A stretch of 64,000 nt of DNA from a virus (IMGVR_UViG_2852501635_000002:1-64000); one strand, 5' to 3'; shown: positions 18,644 to 29,237, counted from the stretch's first letter. Translations and numbers: made by a program. Notes: a model not told the origin generated them from the sequence alone.

Positions 18644-19093
18644 ATGACTGAAGAACAATACAGGACTTATGCACAAGTGATAGTGGCTGGTCGTGAGTTT
18701 ATCTCATTTAATCACAACACCATTTCAGCGGTAACAGGATTAACGCCAGCAAGAGTTGGAACTATTTTAAGAAAGTTGCTTGCATTCCAGTGTGTGGAGC
18801 ATGTCGAAACAAAGAGCCGTAAACGCACTCGCCCAATCAATAACTACGCAGTAACAGACGATGCAATTACTCGACTGAGAAGCCAGTTTGAAAAAGAGCG
18901 TCTGGCTAACCTTCCACTCTTCCCTAAAGCTAAAAAGATTGAAGCAAAGAAACCTAGAAAAGTGCTGGATGATTTTATGTGTGGATTGTTATTTGTCGAT
19001 AAAGCCAACGTCTCAGGCATGGGTAATCCGATGTTGATGAAAATAGACTCGTTACTCAAAGGGGTTCGCAATGAACTGCATGTCATGCAATAG
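18644..19093 (+). CDS. Putative HTH protein
   Basis: ISAVTGLTPARVGTILRKL. Confidence 0.6.
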   Translation: MTEEQYRTYAQVIVAGREFISFNHNTISAVTGLTPARVGTILRKLLAFQCVEHVETKSRKRTRPINNYAVTDDAITRLRSQFEKERLANLPLFPKAKKIEAKKPRKVLDDFMCGLLFVDKANVSGMGNPMLMKIDSLLKGVRNELHVMQ

Positions 19094-19193
19094 ATCACTA
19101 ACAGATGATGAAATTTACGTGTGTAGCAAGTGTGCTGATGAATACGCTCATTTGGAAGTGATGGAGAAAATCAAAGGAGAGGGAGATGAGTAG
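19071..19193 (+). CDS. NinF-like zinc-finger peptide
   Basis: CMSC...LTDDEIYVCSKC. Confidence 0.6.
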   Translation: MNCMSCNRSLTDDEIYVCSKCADEYAHLEVMEKIKGEGDE

Positions 19194-19338
19194 CAAGTCA
19201 TTACGAAAAGCACTTAAAGAAAATCCTGAATGGGTAAAGCGATATCTTGGGCTAGATAAACCATCAAAAATACGAACCCGCCACGTAATTCTATTCTTTT
19301 CGATTATCACATTGTTAATGGGGATCGTGTATGGCTAA
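19186..19338 (+). CDS. 50-aa protein with C-terminal TM segment
   Basis: Manual translation; overlaps both neighbours. Confidence 0.5.
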   Translation: MSSKSLRKALKENPEWVKRYLGLDKPSKIRTRHVILFFSIITLLMGIVYG

Positions 19339-19621
19339 CTTACGCAAAGAAGCTAGAGGTCGTGAATGCCAAATTAGAATGCCTGGTGTCTGTAATGGTA
19401 ATTCTGAAACTGTCGTCTTAGCTCATTATCGAATGTCTGGCATTTGCGGTACCGGAATAAAACCTAATGATATTTTTGGTGCTTGGGCATGTAGTGCTTG
19501 TCACGATGAATCAGATAGACGTACCCACTACGTCGATGCTGAATACGCAAAGCAATGTCATTTAGAAGGTGTTATTCGTACTCAGGATATTCTCATCAAG
19601 GAGGGTAAGATTAAGGTATGA
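19331..19621 (+). CDS. DUF1364/YbcO family protein
   Basis: LRKEARGRECQIR...VLAHYR...ACSACHD. Confidence 0.9.
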   Translation: MANLRKEARGRECQIRMPGVCNGNSETVVLAHYRMSGICGTGIKPNDIFGAWACSACHDESDRRTHYVDAEYAKQCHLEGVIRTQDILIKEGKIKV

Positions 19622-19983
19622 ACGAGTATCAATTAAAATTGCCGTGGCCACCTAGCAATAATACATACTGGAGGCATTGTAGAGGACGGCATTATATCTC
19701 ACCCAAAGGCACCAACTACCGAAAGCAAGTAACAGATTACATCAAGCAACATAACCTAGACGTCAAAACCACTTCCCGCATCAAAATAGTCATCACAGCA
19801 AATCCCCCAGATAAACGACAAAGAGACCTCGATAACTTGCCTAAAGCGGTTTTCGATTCGTTAACTCATGCCGAATTTTGGGGCGATGATAGCCAAATTG
19901 ATGATATGCGGATCCGTCGAGGTGAAAAGGTTACTCATGGCTCATTAGATATCACGATATGGGAGATAGATGATGTTCACTGA
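19618..19983 (+). CDS. rusA: Holliday junction resolvase RusA
   Basis: LPWPPSNN; PPDKRQRDLDN.PK; DDSQI. Confidence 0.95.
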   Translation: MNEYQLKLPWPPSNNTYWRHCRGRHYISPKGTNYRKQVTDYIKQHNLDVKTTSRIKIVITANPPDKRQRDLDNLPKAVFDSLTHAEFWGDDSQIDDMRIRRGEKVTHGSLDITIWEIDDVH

Positions 19984-20164
19984 CTTAATCGCAGCTATTG
20001 AAGAAGCAAGATATTTAAAATACAAATCAGGCGGTCGAGTTAACTTCTGTGTAATGCAAGTTATGGACTATATGGAAGTGGTAAGCGGGCTGATGGATGG
20101 TGTCAGGGTTTTATATACAACTGCCAATGATGATTATCACACAGTATTACCGGAGGCGAGATGA
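19970..20164 (+). CDS. Hypothetical protein
   Basis: AAIEEARYL motif; coupled ORF. Confidence 0.65.
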   Translation: MMFTDLIAAIEEARYLKYKSGGRVNFCVMQVMDYMEVVSGLMDGVRVLYTTANDDYHTVLPEAR

Positions 20165-20664
20165 GCTATATCGGAGAAAAGGAATTAACAGATGAGCAGT
20201 TTCGCTGGCTTGATGGTTGGTTAAATCTGTGGGGGGCTTGGGTATATTCTGGTCGTATCGATATTCGCATGATCAATATGATTTATAAATTCATGCAAAC
20301 AGTTGAGCCAAGTAAAAACCCATCAAGACCTATGTGCAATGACGATGAAGGAATGTTGATTTCTCAGGTCGTAGATTCAGTCATCGCCACTGACACACAG
20401 GCTTATGGAATATTACTAAGTTATTACGCTCACGGATCATCTAAGTTGTCGATTGCATCTTACTATCACCGAGTTGCAAAACCACGCAAAATGCAAACAA
20501 GAGGGGGGAATAAATACGCCAAGCCATCTCATAGAACTTGCAGGAGAGAAGTCGATGAAAAACTCAAAGCTGCTCAGTGGTTATTGTACGAACCTCTGCG
20601 AAATGCAATGAATAATCGTAAACGTGTAGCTAAAGTAAAGAAAATAGCTGAACTTTGCTATTGA
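20161..20664 (+). CDS. Q: Late antiterminator Q (phage 21-type)
   Basis: WLNLWGAWVYSG; RPMCNDDEGMLI; last gene before the late region. Confidence 0.88.
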   Translation: MSYIGEKELTDEQFRWLDGWLNLWGAWVYSGRIDIRMINMIYKFMQTVEPSKNPSRPMCNDDEGMLISQVVDSVIATDTQAYGILLSYYAHGSSKLSIASYYHRVAKPRKMQTRGGNKYAKPSHRTCRREVDEKLKAAQWLLYEPLRNAMNNRKRVAKVKKIAELCY

Positions 20665-20762
20665 CATTAATGGACAAATGGACAACAATTATAAGGTAAG
20701 TTGCTTTACGTGACTCTTAAGTTTGCTTACCTCATTCAAGACCTCGCTACGGCGGGGTTTTA
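20661..20762 (+). promoter_or_regulatory. pR' with tandem Q-binding repeats, and tR'
   Basis: TTGACA followed by AATGGACA x2 (20669-20684); CCTCGCTACGGCGGGGTTTT terminator. Confidence 0.65.
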
Positions 20763-20808
20763 GCTTATAAACATTGAAAATAATGCATATTTCCCATATT
20801 GTACTTGT

Positions 20809-20917
20809 GTGTTAAGTAAGTACGGTCGTGGGGTGCTGACATCCCCGATCTGAGCACAATCCTCGGCAAGGGATTATGCTTAATGAAAGCCTGATAGAGA
20901 TATCGGGCTTTTTTTTT
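20809..20917 (+). ncRNA. Candidate small RNA
   Basis: TTGAAA-17-TATTGT promoter (20774-20802), two hairpins, strong terminator ending in T9. Confidence 0.4.
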
Positions 20918-21205
20918 GTATCTAAAATCCGAACAGTGCCCCTCATAACCTCTACGCAGAACGGAGAAATCTGGTTTGCGATACGTTTGGGGCTTTCTAT
21001 TTTAATTCCCCGAATTCGAGGGAATAAGTTTTTGATATTTATCCAGAGTGCTTATTTGCATTGTGGTAATCCAACTCTCCGGAAATTCCGGATAGTTCAC
21101 ATTCAGAAGATCGCTTAGGCGGTCTTTTTTCGTATATATTAATTTGCCTTTAGCTTTATATCTTCTTGTCATAAAATGTAATTTGGATTTTTGCAAGGAG
21201 ATGTA

Positions 21206-21973
21206 ATGAGCCAATTAGAATTGCCATTAATTTCTAGGCAGGAAAACAATGTAGTTATTTCACAAAGAGCTCATGATGGATACATAAATGCTACTGCAAT
21301 GTGTAAAGCGGCTGGCAAGTTGTTAGGGCATTATTTGGAAAATTCAACAGCTAAATCATTTCTATCTGAGTTGTCAGCCGATATCGGAATTCCGATATCG
21401 GAACTAATTCAAACAGTTAGAGGTGGATTTCCTCAAATGCAAGGCACTTGGGTTCATCCGCAGGTAGCCATCAACTTAGGTCAATGGGCTTCACCTAAGT
21501 TTGCTGTTCTTGTTTCAAAATGGGTATTCGATTGGATGTCTGGTGCAAAACAGCATCAATCAGCGATGCCATATCATGTAAGGCGTTACTTAATTAATCG
21601 GGAAAAAATACCGCCAACTCACTTTTCTATGCTGGATCAAATGACTTTAAAGTTATTAGCTCCATTAGAATCTAGAGGGTATATGCTCCCACAAAAACTT
21701 ATGCCTGACATATCTTTAGGTAGATTCTTTAGCGATATTCTCAGGGCTAGAGGTTATGATCCTGATTCATTTCCTGTTTATGAGCATGAATTTGATGATG
21801 GAAGAAGACCAGTTGTTGAGGCAAGGCTTTATCCAAATGAGTTAATGACAATGTTTAATTTTGAAATTAACAACTGGATAAAGAATAAATCAATAACTTA
21901 CTTTAAGGGTAAAGATAAAGAAGCATTACCTCATCTGAATGATATAATATTAGCCTTACCAGCCCCAGAGTAA
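21206..21973 (+). CDS. KilA-N domain protein (moron)
   Basis: DGYINATAMCKA; GTWVHPQVAI. Confidence 0.9.
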   Translation: MSQLELPLISRQENNVVISQRAHDGYINATAMCKAAGKLLGHYLENSTAKSFLSELSADIGIPISELIQTVRGGFPQMQGTWVHPQVAINLGQWASPKFAVLVSKWVFDWMSGAKQHQSAMPYHVRRYLINREKIPPTHFSMLDQMTLKLLAPLESRGYMLPQKLMPDISLGRFFSDILRARGYDPDSFPVYEHEFDDGRRPVVEARLYPNELMTMFNFEINNWIKNKSITYFKGKDKEALPHLNDIILALPAPE

Positions 21974-22108
21974 TTATGAATCACTTATAGCAAGCCTCAC
22001 TTTTAGTGGGGCTTTTTCGTATATGCCGACCACAGAATCAATCACAACACCTCACGTTCACACAAGAGCTGTGAGTCGGCGTTCTATTAACTAATCAGGA
22101 CTACATAT

Positions 22109-22498
22109 ATGCAAGAGCCGTTAACAGGCACAGCAACCGCCTCGTTAGCGGGTGTCTCTATTGTAGGTCTCTATTCAGGTATGGACGCAGGCGTTGTTAT
22201 CGGTGCGTTCGCAGGGGCGGTGATATTTGTATTGTCTGCTCATGATATCCGACTGTTAAAACGATGGGCGTATTTCACGGTTGCATTTGCGATTGGGATA
22301 TTAGGCGCTGATTTCATGTCGTCACTACTAAGTGGCATTGTTGGAGATAGAGAGGTTGATCGCTCTGTTGGTGCAATGTTCTCATCGGCTGGTTTGGTTG
22401 GTGTTTTGGTAACAATATCTAAACCCGGTGCGCTCACGGACAGTATCAACAACGTTATTAATAACCTGATAGATAAATTCAGAGGAGGTGGGAGATGA
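22109..22498 (+). CDS. Putative holin
   Basis: Several TM segments; first gene of the lysis cassette. Confidence 0.8.
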   Translation: MQEPLTGTATASLAGVSIVGLYSGMDAGVVIGAFAGAVIFVLSAHDIRLLKRWAYFTVAFAIGILGADFMSSLLSGIVGDREVDRSVGAMFSSAGLVGVLVTISKPGALTDSINNVINNLIDKFRGGGR

Positions 22499-22788
22499 CC
22501 ATCTCAATGTTTTGGATTTACGTCAATTTTTTCTCATGCTTATTCGCTGTTATTCGTCTTGTTAACTATGAGCGTAACGGCGCTAAATACAAATTTTTTC
22601 CGTCACTTATAGCATGGGTTCTCATTGTTATGCTGGGTTCTATCCCACTACGCATATTAACGAATGACTACGCCCATGCAGATCCATTTGAAGTCGGAAT
22701 CAATATCACACTATGCGCGCTAATAATTCTTAGTCGTGGGAATGTGATGCAAATATTTAGAGGGGTTAGTAAAAATGACACTCGGTGA
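22495..22788 (+). CDS. Holin-like membrane protein (DUF754-like)
   Basis: Three TM segments; RGNV motif. Confidence 0.75.
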   Translation: MTISMFWIYVNFFSCLFAVIRLVNYERNGAKYKFFPSLIAWVLIVMLGSIPLRILTNDYAHADPFEVGINITLCALIILSRGNVMQIFRGVSKNDTR

Positions 22789-23107
22789 GAAGCAACGAAA
22801 GTTCACTCGCATGATTGCGGACTTAATTATCTTTGCCTACGACAACGGCTATGAGCTGACGTTTTCAGAAGCATACCGAACGCCTGAGCAAGCACAGTTA
22901 AATGCCAAATCAGGTGCTGGTATTAAAAACAGCTTACACACACAACGCCTAGCTGTGGATTTCAACCTATTTAAAGACGGTAAATATCTAACAGCATCAA
23001 GTGACCATAAATTACTTGGCGAATACTGGGAATCTATCGGCGGTACGTGGGGCGGTCGATTCAATGACGGCAATCACTACTCGTTAGAGCACAATGGCGT
23101 TAAGTAA
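22775..23107 (+). CDS. Endolysin, M15 peptidase
   Basis: YRT..Q, SLH...LAVD, WGG and DGNH motifs. Confidence 0.9.
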   Translation: MTLGEKQRKFTRMIADLIIFAYDNGYELTFSEAYRTPEQAQLNAKSGAGIKNSLHTQRLAVDFNLFKDGKYLTASSDHKLLGEYWESIGGTWGGRFNDGNHYSLEHNGVK

Positions 23108-23108
23108 T

Positions 23109-23561
23109 ATGAATACGCTAACTAAGGTATTAGCCGGACTACTGGCAATATCTGCATTCTGGCTATGGTGGGTGATAGATGACTACGACAAATTAAGCAA
23201 AGATTACAACATAGCAACCAATCAGTTATCTCAACAAGTCGAAATCAACAAAGACTACCAAGCCCGTATCACTCGATTAAATCAACTCGATATTAAATAC
23301 ACTCAGGAGTTAGCCAGTGCAAAGAATGAAATTGACACTCTTCGTGATGCTGTTAACTCTGGTTCTAAGCGGGTGTATGTCAAAGCCGAGTGTCCAGCAG
23401 TCACCAAGAATCCCACCGAAAGCGGAAGCAATGAAGCCACCGCACGACTTAACAAAGCAGTTGAACAAGATTATCTACGTCTCAGAGAAATGATAGTCGA
23501 GAACGAACAGCAAACTTTGTATTTGCAGAATTACATTAACACTGAATGCCTCGCTCAATAG
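23109..23561 (+). CDS. Rz: Rz i-spanin
   Basis: N-terminal TM; LD.KYTQELA; YLQNYI. Confidence 0.9.
   Translation: MNTLTKVLAGLLAISAFWLWWVIDDYDKLSKDYNIATNQLSQQVEINKDYQARITRLNQLDIKYTQELASAKNEIDTLRDAVNSGSKRVYVKAECPAVTKNPTESGSNEATARLNKAVEQDYLRLREMIVENEQQTLYLQNYINTECLAQ
23317..23493 (+). CDS. Rz1: Rz1 o-spanin lipoprotein embedded in Rz
   Basis: +1 frame MKLTLFVMLLTLVLSGC lipobox; Pro-rich; AGGAG RBS. Confidence 0.8.
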   Translation: MQRMKLTLFVMLLTLVLSGCMSKPSVQQSPRIPPKAEAMKPPHDLTKQLNKIIYVSEK

Positions 23562-24001
23562 CGGGGCTTTTTAATGGAGAAATATCATGGCAGCACAAGG
23601 TTTCGATACCCCAACTCAATTCCGTGAAGAGCTGGATAAAAGCATTCCAAAAGAATAAAAAAAGCCCAGCATGGGGGCTGGGCAAACTAACAAGATATCA
23701 ATCAAAGTGTAGCGATAGCTACTTAGTATAGCTTAAGTAAATATATATATCAGCAATTAGATAAGTCGTTTATCCATTAAGGAGAGTGATCATATCTTGA
23801 CTGCTAGGAACAGACTAGAAGTGGCTTAGCAGTGTATCGCTAAGCTGCGAACTCTACGCATTTCACCGGCGCATTCACCGCGCAATTAAAACACTCACAG
23901 AACCTTACAGAAAGTCGAACCTGAGAAAAACCGTTAATGGTGTTTTCTGTGGGGCGGTTATTTCTGGTGAACAGGTTCGCTTTTCTATAAGGAAATACAC
24001 C

Positions 24002-24688
24002 ATGTCTTTAGTGGAAATTAAAAAGTTTGATTTGTTAACTAGCTCTTCTGCAATTGCTGATGGAGTTAAAAAGAAACACAAAACAGTCATTCAGCTTGTT
24101 CGTCACTATGTCGATGACCTTAATGAATTTGGAAGGGTAGCATTTGAAATGCGATCCTTTGATACCGATGGTGGACGACAGAAACAACAGGTGGCGTTAC
24201 TTAATGAGCAGCAGGCAACGTTGTTAATTACATATATGCGTAATAATGATGTTGTTAGGGCATTCAAGAAAAAGCTTGTTTCTGAATTCTTTAAAATGCG
24301 ATCGGCTTTGGCTGCTAAGAAATTAGATAGAAACACATCAAGATTGGAATATAAGCCAATGACTGATGCAGTTAAAAAGTCGAGAGAAGAGCAAGGTAAA
24401 ACTATTTCACCTCATCACTTCAGTAACGAGGCAGACTTAATTAATCGTATTGTGCTTGGTATGACATCTGCTAAGTTTCGTGTTCATAACGAAATAGGAA
24501 AGAAAGAACCTATTCGTGATTACCTAACTCCAGAGCAAATACATTGCGTAACCGAATTGCAAAGAGCCAACACAGTGTTTATCTCAATGGGATGGAGCTT
24601 TGAACAACGAAAGGATGAATTAACTAAGTTGTTTAATAAAAACCATAAGCAACCATTACTCGATGAGATGCATAGATTGGCGGCGTAA
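24002..24688 (+). CDS. Rha family regulator
   Basis: HKTVIQLV; LNEQQATLLITYMRN. Confidence 0.85.
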   Translation: MSLVEIKKFDLLTSSSAIADGVKKKHKTVIQLVRHYVDDLNEFGRVAFEMRSFDTDGGRQKQQVALLNEQQATLLITYMRNNDVVRAFKKKLVSEFFKMRSALAAKKLDRNTSRLEYKPMTDAVKKSREEQGKTISPHHFSNEADLINRIVLGMTSAKFRVHNEIGKKEPIRDYLTPEQIHCVTELQRANTVFISMGWSFEQRKDELTKLFNKNHKQPLLDEMHRLAA

Positions 24689-24785
24689 AATTGCGCTTTG
24701 CTTGTAAATCAATAAATTACCGATGCACTAAAAGTTGCATCACATGAATAGGCCCTAGTGGCCTTTTTTATTGGGTGGAATATGT

Positions 24786-24998
24786 ATGCAAAAGAAACCT
24801 GCTTTTATCGATCGAATTGAAGTGATAGTGACAATGAAAACTGGTGAGTTAATTTATGGATACACAACCTTACCATGCGACATTAAAGATGAAGGTAAAT
24901 TCATTGAGCTAAGCGCTGATAAATGCGGATTAGATGTGATCTATGTGAACAAAGATGAAATAAGTTACGTGAAGTTTAGTTTCATCACCAAGGAATAG
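24786..24998 (+). CDS. Hypothetical protein
   Basis: ORF upstream of terS. Confidence 0.6.
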   Translation: MQKKPAFIDRIEVIVTMKTGELIYGYTTLPCDIKDEGKFIELSADKCGLDVIYVNKDEISYVKFSFITKE

Positions 24999-25000
24999 CT

Positions 25001-25186
25001 ATGTCAGAAAAATATCACGTAATAGCAACTAAGAAAGACGGCACAACCTATGAAGGCATGATGACTACTAAAGAGCCTCGGGTGACTAACGGGTTAATTG
25101 GCATCGCATCACTAGATGGCTCATGGGTATACATATCACCTGATGAGATTAGTGATATTAAATATGTGCCAGTAGTTGAACAGTAA
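25001..25186 (+). CDS. Hypothetical protein
   Basis: ORF with RBS. Confidence 0.65.
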   Translation: MSEKYHVIATKKDGTTYEGMMTTKEPRVTNGLIGIASLDGSWVYISPDEISDIKYVPVVEQ

Positions 25187-25333
25187 ATGATTATTCATTT
25201 TAGAAAATTCTACAAATGTCATTCTTTGAGTGGCATTGATAGAGTTTTATATAGGTTTATATCCTTAACGGTGTCATTGATTGCCGGAGGTATATAAACG
25301 AAACCAGTTAATTATTCTAAAAGAGGCTGATTA

Positions 25334-25774
25334 ATGGCGACTGAAAAGAAAATGGGTCGCCCTTCTGATTACTTACCAGAGGTGGCGGACGATGTATGCG
25401 CTCTAATTGCCGATGGTGAAAGTTTGCGTTCTGTATGCAAGCGACCAGGAATGCCAAACACAACTAAAGTCATGCGTTGGTTGCGAGAATACCCTGACTT
25501 TCGTGAACAGTACGCGAAAGCGATGGAATCAAGAGCTGATGCCGTGTTTGAAGAGTTGTTTGATATTGCTGATGATGTAACAGAAGAACCATCGGCAGTT
25601 GCTAAGGCAAGGTTAAGGATAGATACCAGAAAGTGGGCTTTAGCAAGAATGAGCCCTAAAAAGTATGGGGACAAGGTAACTCAGGATATTGATTTGAAAT
25701 CATCTGACGGATCAATGTCACCGACAAAAATAGTTCTTGTTGCCGGAGGTAGCAATGACGGTAGCGAGGATTGA
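25334..25774 (+). CDS. terS: Terminase small subunit
   Basis: GRPSDY; GESLRSVC; RIDTRKW; PKKYGD. Confidence 0.9.
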   Translation: MATEKKMGRPSDYLPEVADDVCALIADGESLRSVCKRPGMPNTTKVMRWLREYPDFREQYAKAMESRADAVFEELFDIADDVTEEPSAVAKARLRIDTRKWALARMSPKKYGDKVTQDIDLKSSDGSMSPTKIVLVAGGSNDGSED

Positions 25775-26999
25775 AATACCACCTAAATTAATTCCGGTTT
25801 TTGAAGGTAACTATCGCTATCGATGTTCACACGGCGGGCGAGGATCTGCAAAGACAAGAACATTTGCATTAATGACAGCGATTCGTGGCTACATGGCCGC
25901 AATGAATGGTCAATCAGGTGTAATACTTTGTGCTCGTGAGTACATGAACTCGTTAGAAGAATCATCAATGGAAGAGGTAAAGCAGGCAATACGCTCTGTG
26001 CCTTGGTTAAATGATTTCTATGAACTTGGTGAGAAGTATATCCGCACAAAATGTCGCTCTGTTAGTTATGTGTTTGCAGGGTTGCGACATAACTTAGATA
26101 GCATTAAATCTAAGGCGAGAATATTAATCGCCTGGGTTGACGAGGCTGAATCAGTATCAGAAATAGCATGGACTAAATTAACGCCCACTGTTCGTGAAGC
26201 TGGTTCTGAAATATGGGTGACATGGAACCCAGAAAGAGACGGAAGTGCTACGGATAAACGTTTTAGAAAGAATCCCCCTGATAATTCTGTTGTTGTTGAG
26301 ATGAACTACGGAGATAACCCGTGGTTTCCATCAGTGCTTGAAGAAGAACGATTAAGCGATCAGGAAAGATTGGACTCTGCTACTTACGCATGGATTTGGG
26401 AAGGGGCTTATCTTGAAAACTCCGATAAGCAGGTATTAGCAAATAAATACGTTGTTAAATCATTCCCTGATGACTTATGGCAGAAAGCAGACAGATTACT
26501 ATTCGGTGCTGACTTCGGCTTTGCGAAAGACCCTAACACGCTATTGCGCCAATTCATTCTAAACGACTGCCTGTACATCGAGTACGAGGCATACGGAATA
26601 GGTGTTGAGCTTGACCATATGCCAGCGTTTTACGACAAGATACCTGAATCTCGCAAGTGGCCAATTAAAGCAGACTCCGCACGACCCGAAACAATCAGCT
26701 ATTTAAAACGCCAAGGCTTCAATATCTCTGCCGCTAAAAAATGGCAAGGTAGCGTAGAAGATGGCATTACACATCTGCGCGGATTCAAGCAAATAATCAT
26801 CCATCCTCGCTGTAAAGAAACAGCAAAAGAAGCTCGTCTTTACTCATACAAAACAGACCGGATCACTGGTGAGGTTCTTCCCGTTATTGAGGATAAGAAT
26901 AACCATTGCTGGGATGCGGTTAGATATGGGCTTGATGGGTATATCACACAAAAATCAAATGCAGGCCTATTGGTTCCAAAACGATTACTGAGGCGATAA
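25755..26999 (+). CDS. terL: Terminase large subunit, PBSX family
   Basis: GGRGSAKT Walker A; WVDEAE; GADFG; HCWDAVRY. Confidence 0.95.
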   Translation: MTVARIEIPPKLIPVFEGNYRYRCSHGGRGSAKTRTFALMTAIRGYMAAMNGQSGVILCAREYMNSLEESSMEEVKQAIRSVPWLNDFYELGEKYIRTKCRSVSYVFAGLRHNLDSIKSKARILIAWVDEAESVSEIAWTKLTPTVREAGSEIWVTWNPERDGSATDKRFRKNPPDNSVVVEMNYGDNPWFPSVLEEERLSDQERLDSATYAWIWEGAYLENSDKQVLANKYVVKSFPDDLWQKADRLLFGADFGFAKDPNTLLRQFILNDCLYIEYEAYGIGVELDHMPAFYDKIPESRKWPIKADSARPETISYLKRQGFNISAAKKWQGSVEDGITHLRGFKQIIIHPRCKETAKEARLYSYKTDRITGEVLPVIEDKNNHCWDAVRYGLDGYITQKSNAGLLVPKRLLRR

Positions 27000-28354
27000 T
27001 GCAAGAAAACATGAAACTAGCCGTCAATCACATGGTGAGTGACGCGATAGCTCGTGCCCGTATGGCTTTGGTTAATCCAACCATGGGGCTTGATGCGAAG
27101 CGATCATCTGCTTGGTGTGAATACGGATTCAAACAAGATTTAACCTTTGAGGATTTATATAAACTATTTCGCCGTGGTGGGATTGCCTTTGGTGGGGTAA
27201 CAAAACTCGTAGGTAATTGCTGGAAAACATCACCTCAAGTGATTGAGGGTGACAAAGCAGATAAATACAAGAAAGAAACAACTTGGGAAGCTTCATTTAA
27301 AAAGTACGTGAATAAACGTATCTGGAAAGCATTCAAAGAAGCAGACCAGAAGCGACTTGTCGGTCGTTATGCAGGTTTAATTCTTCATATCAATGATAGT
27401 GGGAAGTGGCATGAGCCCGTCACGAAATCAAAGCTACTTAAAAAAGCAACGCCAGCATGGGCGAATGCAATTAAGCCTACTGATTGGGTGACGGATATTA
27501 ACTCTCCTAATTACGGTCAACCTAGCATGTGGCAGTACACGGAGACGCTACCGAATGGTGGGACTAGAAATATCAATATCCATCCGGATCGGGTTTTTAT
27601 TCTCGGTGATTATTCAGTTGACGCTATCGGTTTTCTTGAGCCTGCCTATAACGCCTTTGTAAGCCTTGAAAAGGTTGAAGGCGGATCTGGTGAATCATTT
27701 CTTAAAAACGCAGCAAGACAGCTAAATATTAACTACGAAAAGGAAGCTAGTCTTGATGAAATGGCAAGAATGTATGGTGTTGACATTGCTGGGTTGCAGG
27801 AAATTTATAATGAAGTAGCAAGAGAAATCAACGCAGGTAATGATTCGGTTCTTGTTACGAAGGGCGCAAATGTCAGCCCTATGGTCACTGCCGTATCTGA
27901 TCCGACACCAACCTATATGGTTAACCTACAAACCGCATCAGCCGCAATGGATATTCCATCCAAAATACTTGTTGGTATGCAAACGGGCGAAAGAGCCAGC
28001 ACCGAAGATCAGAAGTATTTCAACGCTCGATGTCAGTCACGCAGAGAAAGCGAGCTCTCATTTGAGATAGAGGACTTCATCGATCATCTAATTAACATCA
28101 AGGTACTAGATCCTATCGGTGAGAAAACAGTTATTTGGGATGATTTAAACGAGCAATCAGCTATTGAGAAGCTCGACAGCGCTGAGAAGATGAGCAGAAT
28201 TAATCAAGCAGCTCTCTCTACTGGTGAGCCAGTGTTTAGCGTCGAAGAAATTAGGACGGCAGCTGGCTATGAAAATGATAGTGAAGAGCCATTAGGTGAA
28301 ACTGATGAAGATACAGAAGATAAGGACGGCGATAAGACCCGGAACGAAAGCTGA
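26999..28354 (+). CDS. Portal protein (DUF1073-like)
   Basis: Position after terL; IPSKILVGMQTG. Confidence 0.85.
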   Translation: MQENMKLAVNHMVSDAIARARMALVNPTMGLDAKRSSAWCEYGFKQDLTFEDLYKLFRRGGIAFGGVTKLVGNCWKTSPQVIEGDKADKYKKETTWEASFKKYVNKRIWKAFKEADQKRLVGRYAGLILHINDSGKWHEPVTKSKLLKKATPAWANAIKPTDWVTDINSPNYGQPSMWQYTETLPNGGTRNINIHPDRVFILGDYSVDAIGFLEPAYNAFVSLEKVEGGSGESFLKNAARQLNINYEKEASLDEMARMYGVDIAGLQEIYNEVAREINAGNDSVLVTKGANVSPMVTAVSDPTPTYMVNLQTASAAMDIPSKILVGMQTGERASTEDQKYFNARCQSRRESELSFEIEDFIDHLINIKVLDPIGEKTVIWDDLNEQSAIEKLDSAEKMSRINQAALSTGEPVFSVEEIRTAAGYENDSEEPLGETDEDTEDKDGDKTRNES

Positions 28355-29234
28355 TCCAACATCAGTCGATAAACTAGAACGTGGCGCAATGAGAGAGTTT
28401 GCGAAACGCATTAGAAGAATATCAAAAGGCTATATTCAACTTCTTAATAGAATCCCCTCTGAGCCAGTCGTCAATAGAAAATACCAATTCGATTTAGATC
28501 CTAACTATCTATCAATACTGTTGAGAGATGGTGAACTAATGGTTGATGAGGTGCTTTTGAATGGTGGCGAGTTTGGTAACTTTCTTTTCCTTGAGTATGT
28601 GAGCACAGCATACGAAAGAGGAACAGCACAGCAGTATGCAAACTTAGCACAGCAATCAACTGTCTACGCAGCAACTCAACAAAGTATTGCAACGATACTG
28701 ATGAGTGAGCCATATCAACTAAGAATGGCTCTAGTTCGCTCTCGTGTGTTCGAGGAAATGAAAGGGTTGTCTGGTCAGGTTAAAGCTGACATGGCTCGCA
28801 TTCTTACGGATGGTATCGCGAGAGGTTTAAACCCTCGTGAAGTAGCGAGAAACCTAACCAATCAAGCTGGCATTGAAACTCGCCGAGCTAAGCGGATAGC
28901 AAGGACAGAGATACCAAGCGCATTGCGTAGGGCACGATTAGATGAAGCTGACGAAGCCAAGGAAATGCTTAACCTTGAAACTCGTGAGATTCATGTTTCA
29001 GCACTAAGCCCAACAACAAGAGCTAATCATGCAGCTAGACACGGGAAGATGTTTACGTCTGATGAACAACGTGATTGGTGGGCTCGTGACGCTAATTCAA
29101 TTAACTGTAAATGCTCAACTGTAACCGTTCTTGTTGATAAAGACGGCAAGCCTTACAACAAGACTCTCATCAATAAACTATTAGAGGAAAAAGAAGCCAT
29201 GAAAGAACGTGGTTATCAATGGGCGGAGGAATAA
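28305..29234 (+). CDS. Head morphogenesis protein (Mu gpF/SPP1 gp7-like)
   Basis: RAKRIARTE; TR..HA.RHG; INCKC. Confidence 0.85.
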   Translation: MKIQKIRTAIRPGTKADPTSVDKLERGAMREFAKRIRRISKGYIQLLNRIPSEPVVNRKYQFDLDPNYLSILLRDGELMVDEVLLNGGEFGNFLFLEYVSTAYERGTAQQYANLAQQSTVYAATQQSIATILMSEPYQLRMALVRSRVFEEMKGLSGQVKADMARILTDGIARGLNPREVARNLTNQAGIETRRAKRIARTEIPSALRRARLDEADEAKEMLNLETREIHVSALSPTTRANHAARHGKMFTSDEQRDWWARDANSINCKCSTVTVLVDKDGKPYNKTLINKLLEEKEAMKERGYQWAEE

Positions 29235-29237
29235 CTG

